In this document: positions 19,281 to 26,126 of the stretch, one piece after another
Layout: each line of letters begins with the position of its first letter
Numbering within the stretch: position 1 is the first letter of the stretch
Virus record (IMG/VR): IMGVR_UViG_3300042465_007555
Span: 1-33,228 of that record
DNA from: a virus
Taxonomy: Duplodnaviria; Caudoviricetes
Direction: 5' to 3' (one strand)
DNA: 33,228 bases
Translations under genes and position numbers: made by a program
Notes under the pieces: model-generated
What the model saw: only the letters and a program-made list of their open reading frames with translations
Database searches by the model: none
Told to the model about the DNA's origin: nothing

Positions 19281-19508
19281 CTAGCGGAGCGAGAGCTTGC
19301 GGGCCATGGCGGTCTCGGCAGCGTTGCAAGCTTGGGCGGCGGCACGCATGGCGGCACGCTCTTTGGCAAGCGGGTCAATCTTGAAGCAATCAGCAGCCCC
19401 ATGGGCCTTTGCAGCTGCAAAGAAGGCCTCAACAGCGATCTGGTATTCGGCGCGAAGCGTGGTGATGGTCTTGGCGGGCTTGGCGGTCTTGGCGGTCTTG
19501 GTCTTCAT
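19281..19508 (-). CDS. Small basic Ala/Lys-rich early protein (75 aa)
   Basis: GGAGA RBS; first gene after a promoter; N-terminal KTAKTAKPAKT repeat. Confidence 0.65.
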   Translation of the reverse strand: MKTKTAKTAKPAKTITTLRAEYQIAVEAFFAAAKAHGAADCFKIDPLAKERAAMRAAAQACNAAETAMARKLSLR

Positions 19509-19553
19509 GGTCGGTCTCCGTTGTGGGGGTGCAATCCCCGTGGTGTGAGAGAG

Positions 19554-19583
19554 CTACTAGAGGGCGGTTGACACGGTGTCAAC
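19554..19583 (-). promoter_or_regulatory. Sigma70-type early promoter with overlapping palindromic operator
   Basis: Minus strand TTGACA-17 bp-TAGTAG; perfect palindrome GTTGACAC-G-GTGTCAAC at 19567-19583. Confidence 0.7.
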
Positions 19584-19604
19584 ACTTACTTGCGCCCCTT
19601 TGCA

Positions 19605-19781
19605 TTATTTTTCGATCTTCCGCATGGCCCACGCTGCCAAGGCTTGAGCCTCGGAGAAGTTCGCCCCCGCACTCCGGGCCGCGTCAACGGAGGCGGAATA
19701 GGAGCGGAGATCGCTGCCCGTCCGATCGTGGGTGATCTGAGCTGCCCGGATGGCACGGGCCGCCGCCAAGGTGCTGGCCAT
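19605..19781 (-). CDS. Small hypothetical protein (58 aa), below the ORF-track cutoff
   Basis: GGGAGG RBS, ATG 19781 three nt after the upstream stop, reads MASTLAAARAIRAAQITHDR...AWAMRKIEK*; fills the gap exactly. Confidence 0.65.
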   Translation of the reverse strand: MASTLAAARAIRAAQITHDRTGSDLRSYSASVDAARSAGANFSEAQALAAWAMRKIEK

Positions 19782-19784
19782 AGC

Positions 19785-20261
19785 TCAGCCCTCCCAAGAG
19801 GTGGTGCGATTGGCCCGAAGGCAATCCCGCACCCTATCGGAGAGCCCCGCGGCCTCCGCCCCATCCCAAAGGGCACGGTTGCGGGCGGAGAAGGTGGGAT
19901 GGTCAACACGGTCTTGGTAGAGGTCTTCGGTGTTGGCCATGAGCTCCAAGGCAATGGCAACGGCGGGAGAGGTGGGGGCCAGCAGGGGCGCGGCAATGGC
20001 CGAGGCAATCCCCGCTTGGTTGGTGACCTCACGGGCGCAAGCAAAGGCAAAGGCCACATGGCGGGCGCGGCCAATCTTGGTGGTGGAGACCGCGGCGGCG
20101 GCAGCCTCCAAGCGGGCGATCGTCGCATGGGCCATGGCAGCCTCCGCCGCATTGATGAGCTCCGGGGGGCTGGTATGGTTCAAGGCATCAAAGATGGCTT
20201 GGGCCGTGGTGGTGGCAAGCTCCGCAATCTCGCGGGCGGTCTCAGGGGTCTCGGTGCTCAT
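19785..20261 (-). CDS. Hypothetical Ala-rich protein (158 aa)
   Basis: GGAGG RBS, starts 2 nt after the upstream stop. Confidence 0.65.
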   Translation of the reverse strand: MSTETPETAREIAELATTTAQAIFDALNHTSPPELINAAEAAMAHATIARLEAAAAAVSTTKIGRARHVAFAFACAREVTNQAGIASAIAAPLLAPTSPAVAIALELMANTEDLYQDRVDHPTFSARNRALWDGAEAAGLSDRVRDCLRANRTTSWEG

Positions 20262-20263
20262 GG

Positions 20264-20482
20264 CTAGCCCTCCACGGCGGCAAGGCGGAGGCGGAGCTCA
20301 CGGGCAGCGTCAACAGCCCGGAGATGGTTGCAGAGGGCCGCGTGGAAATCCTTGGAGGCCTCCTTGGCGGCTTCCTCATTTGCGGCCTCTCTAGCCTCCA
20401 TGGCTTGATCCATGGCATCAAGGTTGCGGAGGGCGGCGGCTTCAAGAAGGCGGATCTTGGCTTGGATGGTCTCGGTGGTCAT
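20264..20482 (-). CDS. Small helical hypothetical protein (72 aa)
   Basis: GGAGCCCGCC-ATG start (MTTETIQAK). Confidence 0.65.
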   Translation of the reverse strand: MTTETIQAKIRLLEAAALRNLDAMDQAMEAREAANEEAAKEASKDFHAALCNHLRAVDAARELRLRLAAVEG

Positions 20483-20510
20483 GGCGGGCTCCAATGGGTG
20501 GGGGGTTGGG

Positions 20511-20765
20511 TTAGGCGGCAACGGAGAAGGTGGCCTTGAAGGCGGCCTCACAAATGGCAGCGCGATCCTCAAAGGCAAAGGCGTTGCCCCGTGCCCATGC
20601 AATGTAGGCGGCGCGAACCTCCACCCGGATGGCCGTGGCCGCATCCTTGGCGCTCTGGTGGAAGCGGTGGGCCTCCGAGCGGGCGCGGCGCATCTCATCA
20701 AAGAGCTGGCCAGCCGTGAGGCCTTCAATGGTGCCAAAGGTCTTGGTGGGGGGGAAGGTGGTCAT
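20511..20765 (-). CDS. Small hypothetical early protein (84 aa)
   Basis: GAGGAGCCCGCC-ATG start (MTTFPPTK); first gene after a promoter. Confidence 0.65.
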   Translation of the reverse strand: MTTFPPTKTFGTIEGLTAGQLFDEMRRARSEAHRFHQSAKDAATAIRVEVRAAYIAWARGNAFAFEDRAAICEAAFKATFSVAA

Positions 20766-20814
20766 GGCGGGCTCCTCGGTGGCGGGCGGTGCAATCGCCC
20801 TTGGTGTGAGGAGG

Positions 20815-20843
20815 TTACTAGGTGGCGGTTGACGCGGTGTCAA
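20815..20843 (-). promoter_or_regulatory. Second copy of the early promoter/operator
   Basis: Minus strand TTGACA-17 bp-TAGTAA; near-palindrome TTGACGC-G-GTGTCAA at 20829-20843. Confidence 0.7.
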
Positions 20844-20851
20844 GTGCCACC

Positions 20852-23596
20852 CTACGGAATCTCACTATCCCCCCGATCGTGCTCTTCTCCGCATAAATCA
20901 GAGAGTTGCGGGCTCAAGCGATAGCACCACGGGCTCCCGCCTCCGAGATAGATCTTATGGGTCGATCTTCCCTCGCCCTTCACCAGCTCACCACGATCCA
21001 AGAAGGTGGCCACCGTGGCCTTCACATTGAGCCCGCGGCTCTTGAGGTAGTCGTGCAAGGCATCGGGCACCAAGTAGACCGCCCGCTGGCCAAGCTCCTC
21101 CCGCATCCGCCCAATGATGGCCATGGAGTTCTCCGGGGCGTTGGCGTGCCATTGCATCCGCGCCCGATTGGAGGCCACCCAAGCCACCACGCCCTCAATG
21201 GCATGGGCAGCCTTGTCGGCCTCCGCTCCCTTGGCCAAGATCGCCTCAAGCTCAGCCTTGGAGAAGAGCTCGGAGATCTCGCTCTGAGACTTCCACTCAA
21301 GCCCAACAGCCTTGCGGAAGAGCCACCATGCCACCTCCATCTCCGCAAGGTAGAGGGCGATCCGTTGGATGGCCTCGGTGGTGCTCATGGCGGGAGGCCG
21401 TGCCAAGGCATAGGTGGCCGCCCGCTTCTCCACCATGGCCCGGAGCTCAGCCCGCTCCTCCGCGCTGGTGGCCAAGACCCAATCCACAAAGGCCCGACCC
21501 GCAACCCCATGGTTGACCTCGGTGCCCTTGGCAGCCGCTTGGAGCTGCCTCTTGGTCTCCGGGCTATCTCCGCCAAAGATCGGCCCCCATACGGTGACAC
21601 AACGGGCCACCAGCCCGCCCGCCTCCCGCATCCCTGCTAGCGGGGTCTCACCCGTGGAGATCAAGACCGATTCATAGGTGGCGCTCTTTTGGGTGCCCGT
21701 GATGGTGCCCCGCGCCTTGCCCCGCCCTTGGGTGATCTCATACACCCAATTGCCCGCCGCCGTGAGGTCGTCGGCTAGTTGGCTCTCATCCCGGAAGATG
21801 GGCAGCCCCCGCATGGCACCCGCGATCCGCTCGGAGGCGGTGTTGGTATCCTTCCAATTGCCCACAATGCGACCCGTGCCCCAAATGGAGGCCGCAAGCT
21901 TGAGGGCCGTGGTCTTGCCCACTGAGCTGTTGCCCGAGAGGTCTAGCGCGAAGGCCGAGCCCACGGGCGCGAAGATGCGGAGCAACGGGGGCACCACCGC
22001 CGCGGCCATGGCATAGGCGGCCCGTGGATGCGCCTTGAGCACGGGCTCAACAGCAGCCCGCCACCCTTCTACGCTCCCGGAGGCCACCACCGCCTTCACG
22101 GTGTCACGCTGCTCTCCCTCAAGGAGCCCCATGCGGAGATCCATGGAGGCCGCGCCTTCCGCAAAGTGCACCCCATCAAAGCCCCGCACAAAGGCGGAGC
22201 CATCGGGGAGCCACCCGGTGGAGCTGGCCAAGGCCACCGTGGGCCACTTGGGCCGCCGCCCCGTTTGGGCAGCCTCCGCCTCATCTTGATCCATGAGGGC
22301 GATCGCCCCATCAATGTAGTCAACCAAGACCTTGGCGGTGTTGCTACTCACGGGCAGCCCCTTCCGCCGCCAAGCCACCAGCAGCCGCGCTTGGCAAGCC
22401 TCCGCCGCGGGCACCTCCTCGCCCTCGGCCCGCTGGCTACCGTGGGCAAGGGTCACATAGTGATCACGGGTCTCAAGGCTCACGGCCCGACCCCGCACCC
22501 AAATCGCGGGGTAGCATACTGAGACCCACTCGGGCTTGCCCTTGGTGGTCACCACCTTGCGCAAGAGGTGGCCCCGTTCCTCTCTCCACCCATCGGGCAT
22601 GGGGTGAATCATCTCCCGCGGGCTCACTACCTCCACCGCACTCTCCACCTCTTGCGGGGCCATTGGAGCCTCTACCGCGGGCCGCCCTACCAAGGCCACC
22701 CGCACCGCCTCAAGCCCAAGGGAGGAGTGGAGATCGTTCCAATCGGTGCCACGCTCCGGGTGACCCGCTGGCCACTCGGGCAATAGCAGCCGCGCCCCTA
22801 CCGCATCCGCCGCGGCCTTGCCCGCCTCAATGCCAACATTGCGATCGCTCTTCCAATCATCGTCTCCCGCCACCACCAGCGTGGCCCGCGGTGCCTTGGC
22901 CCGTGCCATCTTGGCCACCGCCATGAGCTGCCCGCTATCCATGGCGCACAAGACCGTCCACCCCGTGGCCTCCGCAATGGAGAGCCCCGTGGAATAGCCC
23001 TCACAAATGGCGATCGTGCCCGGGAGCCCCTTGATCGCGTGATAGGTGCCCGCCCGCCGCGCCCCCTTCTCATAGGTCTTCACCCATCTCTCACTCTCAC
23101 GCTCCCACCAAATGCGTTGGAGGTTGACCACCGCGCCCGTGCCATCCTTGAGCGGGAGGAGGAGCGTGGTGCCCTTCCGATAGCTGCCCGGAGCCGCCGC
23201 CACGCCCTTGGTGGCAAGGTAGCCAAAGGAGCCCGAGGCCTTGCCCGCCTCCTCCACCACCGCCAACACCCGCACCGCGGCCTCACCAGCCTCCTTTGCC
23301 CGGGCAGCCTCACGGGCCTTGCCCGCCGCCACCGCCGATGCGTGGAAGGCTTGCACCTCCGCCGCGCTCATCTCCGAGCTGGCCCCGCGGTGGCTCCACT
23401 TGGTCGCCCCCTGCCCATCCGCCCAATTGCCGAATGCGCCCGAGGCCACCCCATCGGTGTGGAGGAGATACCATCCCGCCTCCTTGCCCTTGCCCTCCAC
23501 CTCGCAACGGTGGATCTGGCCATCGGCCACCACCTCACGGATCACCAGCCCGCGCCCGCGGGCGGCCTCCACAAAAGATGCCTCTACCTCTCCCAT
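20852..23596 (-). CDS. Primase-helicase (TOPRIM + DUF927 + P-loop helicase)
   Basis: TOPRIM motifs AICEGYSTGLSI, VAGDDD, GTDWNDL; central DUF927-like SSTGWLPDG; Walker A GNSSVGKTT, Walker B IFRDE, ISTGE. Confidence 0.88.
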   Translation of the reverse strand: MGEVEASFVEAARGRGLVIREVVADGQIHRCEVEGKGKEAGWYLLHTDGVASGAFGNWADGQGATKWSHRGASSEMSAAEVQAFHASAVAAGKAREAARAKEAGEAAVRVLAVVEEAGKASGSFGYLATKGVAAAPGSYRKGTTLLLPLKDGTGAVVNLQRIWWERESERWVKTYEKGARRAGTYHAIKGLPGTIAICEGYSTGLSIAEATGWTVLCAMDSGQLMAVAKMARAKAPRATLVVAGDDDWKSDRNVGIEAGKAAADAVGARLLLPEWPAGHPERGTDWNDLHSSLGLEAVRVALVGRPAVEAPMAPQEVESAVEVVSPREMIHPMPDGWREERGHLLRKVVTTKGKPEWVSVCYPAIWVRGRAVSLETRDHYVTLAHGSQRAEGEEVPAAEACQARLLVAWRRKGLPVSSNTAKVLVDYIDGAIALMDQDEAEAAQTGRRPKWPTVALASSTGWLPDGSAFVRGFDGVHFAEGAASMDLRMGLLEGEQRDTVKAVVASGSVEGWRAAVEPVLKAHPRAAYAMAAAVVPPLLRIFAPVGSAFALDLSGNSSVGKTTALKLAASIWGTGRIVGNWKDTNTASERIAGAMRGLPIFRDESQLADDLTAAGNWVYEITQGRGKARGTITGTQKSATYESVLISTGETPLAGMREAGGLVARCVTVWGPIFGGDSPETKRQLQAAAKGTEVNHGVAGRAFVDWVLATSAEERAELRAMVEKRAATYALARPPAMSTTEAIQRIALYLAEMEVAWWLFRKAVGLEWKSQSEISELFSKAELEAILAKGAEADKAAHAIEGVVAWVASNRARMQWHANAPENSMAIIGRMREELGQRAVYLVPDALHDYLKSRGLNVKATVATFLDRGELVKGEGRSTHKIYLGGGSPWCYRLSPQLSDLCGEEHDRGDSEIP

Positions 23597-23684
23597 CGAA
23601 TCCTCCGAGGTTGCAAAAAGATCGCCGCTCCGTTATCATGCGGAGCACCGGGTGGCCGCTTGGTGCAATCTTGCGGCCTCCCCC

Positions 23685-23713
23685 ATGATGCCACCTTGGC
23701 GGCCCCCCGTCAA
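23685..23713 (-). promoter_or_regulatory. Putative sigma70-type promoter of the primase operon
   Basis: Minus strand TTGACG-17 bp-CATCAT, about 90 bp upstream of the primase ATG. Confidence 0.55.
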
Positions 23714-23808
23714 GATAGCGCGTCAACAGACACCACCTCGGGCAGCCACCCCCTCCACGCTGCCCGAGGCGGTGATCCGTGGGGCAAGACCTCCATGAGG
23801 GCAAAACC

Positions 23809-24171
23809 TTCCCAACCTTCCCAAAACCAAAAGCGAAGTGGGAAGAGAGGGAATGTGACCTAGAGCCTTTGATCTTTGGGCATTTTTTGATCCTTCTTCC
23901 CACTTTTCCCACTTTTCCCACTCATATTGCCTTATGTGCGTGCGCGACCCCCTCCCCCCTCTCACCAGCTCACCCCCTCAAGTGATCGCTATAAAGCCCT
24001 CTTGGAGTGGGAAGATTGGGAAGAAGCCCGTTTTTGGACCCTATCCCGTTGCATTTGCTCGAGTTTTTCTCTGTCCAGTGGTTTGGGAAGGTTTGGGAAG
24101 AGTGGGAAGGTCGCACCGGGCAGCCCAACCAACCCTCCCCTTGGAGCTGGCCAGCCTTCCCACCCTTCCCA
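23809..24171. repeat. Iteron-like TTCCCA/TGGGAA array in an AT-richer intergenic region; putative replication origin
   Basis: 13 copies counted (7 TTCCCA, 6 TGGGAA), mostly in clusters with 9-10 bp period, between the divergent primase and terminase genes. Confidence 0.7.
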
Positions 24172-24319
24172 CCGCCTTGACCTCTCACCACGCTTGCACC
24201 ATAGTGGCCCTAGGCTCTCACCCTCCTTCGGCTTTAGCGGGTCACGGGGCGGAGGATGAGGGCCGCCTCTTTGTGCTCCACCAGCCCGCCAAAAAGTTTA
24301 CACTCGCGCGAGGTCGCCC

Positions 24320-24754
24320 ATGGCCAAGCTCTCCTCCGAGACCATCAAGATCGTCACCGATGGCATCCGCATTGGCATGACCGTGGAGGCCGCTGCCCGC
24401 CTTGGTGGGATCACCCGCATGACCCTCCACAAGTGGCGCAATGCGGAGCCGGGCACCCTTGATGCTGAGCTTTTGGCGGAGCTTGAGGAGGCCATGGATC
24501 TGGCCATGGCGGAGGGCCAGCGGGTGCTCTTGGAGAGGATGCAACGCCACTCCGCGGGGGCCAAGGATAGCAAGGGCCGCCCCATCCGCGACTTCTCCGA
24601 GTGGCAAGCCACCAAGTGGATCCTTGCGGCCCGCCACAAGATGGGCGTGGAGCAACGGGTGGATGTGACCTCGGGTGGCCAGCCCGTCAAGTATGTGGTG
24701 ACCATCCCCGTGGTGGGCCGCATTGATGATGAGCCCGATGAGGGCGGGGAGTGA
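24320..24754 (+). CDS. Terminase small subunit
   Basis: N-terminal HTH (GMTVEAAARLGGITRMTLHKW), WQATKWIL and RVDVTSGGQPV motifs; upstream of TerL. Confidence 0.75.
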   Translation: MAKLSSETIKIVTDGIRIGMTVEAAARLGGITRMTLHKWRNAEPGTLDAELLAELEEAMDLAMAEGQRVLLERMQRHSAGAKDSKGRPIRDFSEWQATKWILAARHKMGVEQRVDVTSGGQPVKYVVTIPVVGRIDDEPDEGGE

Positions 24755-24858
24755 TGGCCGCCCTAGCCTTCACACCCGCGGCGGCTTGGGTGCTCCTCCT
24801 TGCCCTATGGAGCGCCGTGGTATGGGTAGCGTGGTCTTGGATGCGGGGCGGCAAGTGA
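24754..24858 (+). CDS. 34-aa hydrophobic peptide between TerS and TerL
   Basis: TGATG overlap with the TerS stop and GTGA overlap with the TerL start; MAALAFTPAAAWVLLLALWSAVVWVAWSWMRGGK. Confidence 0.6.
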   Translation: MAALAFTPAAAWVLLLALWSAVVWVAWSWMRGGK

Positions 24859-26126
24859 GGGCTGCACTTGAGGTGCCCATTGTGTTGCCCAAGCTCTACC
24901 GCAAGCAAGCGGCGGCGGTGTGTGACCCCACGCGGATCACTTGCATTGAGAGCACCACCAAGGCGGGCAAGACCATCGGTTGCATTGTGTGGCAGATCGG
25001 GCAGGTGATGAGCGGCCCGGAGGATGCGGAACATTGGTGGGTGGCCCCGGTCTATGAGCAAGCCATGATGGCCTATCGGTTGGCGTGGTCTCTCTTGCGT
25101 GGTCAGCAGGGCTTCAAGCAAGCCCTAGCGGAGAAGGCGATCCTATGCCCGGGCGGGCGGCGGTGGAGCTTCCGCTCCGCTGACAAGCCCGACAACCTCT
25201 TTGGATCGGCGGTCACCAGCGCGGTCTTGGATGAGGCCTCACGCATGAAGGATGATGCGGTGGATGCCATCTTCTCCACCACCACCCGCACCCGCGGCCC
25301 CATGCGCCTCATTGGCAATGTGCGGGGGCGTGCCAATCGCCACTACCAATGGAGCCGCAAGGGTGAGGCTGGTGAGGAGGGCTTTGCCTACCATCGGATC
25401 ACGGCGGATGATGCGGTGGCGGCGGGGGTCTTCCATGCGGATGATGTGGAGATGGCGCGGCGCTCCATGCCCGATGCGATCTTCCGGGAGCTCTACTTTT
25501 GTGAGCCCGCCGATGATGGGGGCAACCCCTTTGGCATTGAGGCGATCCGCTCTTGTGCTGAGCTCAATGGCGGCAAGCCCACGGGGCGGCCCGTTGCGGT
25601 GTGGGGTCTTGATATCGCCCGCAAGCGGGATTGGGCGGTGCTCATTGGCCTTGACCACGGGCGGCAAGTCGCGGCCCTCCACCGTTGGCACGGCCTATCC
25701 TTTGGCGGGCTGGTGGGCGAGGTCTCCCGCATAGTGGGCAAGGGCTCCCGGGCTTGCGTGGTCTATGATGCCACGGGCGTGGGAGACGCGGTGGGAGAGC
25801 AGCTGGTGGCGGCCCGCGTATGGGTGGAGCCCTTCATCTTCTCCTCCGCCTCCAAACAAGGCATCATGGAGGGGCTAGCCCTTGCTTTGCAGCAGGGGCG
25901 CACCTCGGTGGTGGATGGCCCCCACCGGGCTGAGCTTGAGGCCTTTGAGTATGATGTGAAGGCGGGGCGGGTGGTCTATGGTGCCCCCTCTGCTATGCAC
26001 GACGATACGGTTTGCGCCCATGCCTTGGCTTGGTGGGGTGCGGAGCGGTTTGGTGTAACTAACGCGGTGCGCCGCGGGATTATCTCCGCCCCCACGGGGC
26101 CAGCTGCTAGGGGCTCAACATGGTGA
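24855..26126 (+). CDS. Terminase large subunit
   Basis: Q motif LYRKQ, Walker A STTKAGKT, Walker B VLDEA, nuclease motifs GLDIARKRD, YDATGVG, HDDTVCAHALA; GTG start at 24855 preferred. Confidence 0.92.
   Translation: MRAALEVPIVLPKLYRKQAAAVCDPTRITCIESTTKAGKTIGCIVWQIGQVMSGPEDAEHWWVAPVYEQAMMAYRLAWSLLRGQQGFKQALAEKAILCPGGRRWSFRSADKPDNLFGSAVTSAVLDEASRMKDDAVDAIFSTTTRTRGPMRLIGNVRGRANRHYQWSRKGEAGEEGFAYHRITADDAVAAGVFHADDVEMARRSMPDAIFRELYFCEPADDGGNPFGIEAIRSCAELNGGKPTGRPVAVWGLDIARKRDWAVLIGLDHGRQVAALHRWHGLSFGGLVGEVSRIVGKGSRACVVYDATGVGDAVGEQLVAARVWVEPFIFSSASKQGIMEGLALALQQGRTSVVDGPHRAELEAFEYDVKAGRVVYGAPSAMHDDTVCAHALAWWGAERFGVTNAVRRGIISAPTGPAARGSTW

Noticed and set aside
23809-24171. Repeat cluster as a CRISPR array
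   Set aside because: Units are 6-10 bp, in both orientations, without regular unique spacers or cas genes.
23535-24380. ORFs across the origin-like region (GKVGKVG, FPTFPT, WEDWEE peptides)
   Set aside because: They are translations of the hexamer repeats and have no convincing RBS or domain.
24723-24854. N-terminal extension of TerL given by the ORF track
   Set aside because: It overlaps TerS and the coupled 34-aa ORF; GTG 24855 gives a normal distance to the Q motif and Walker A.
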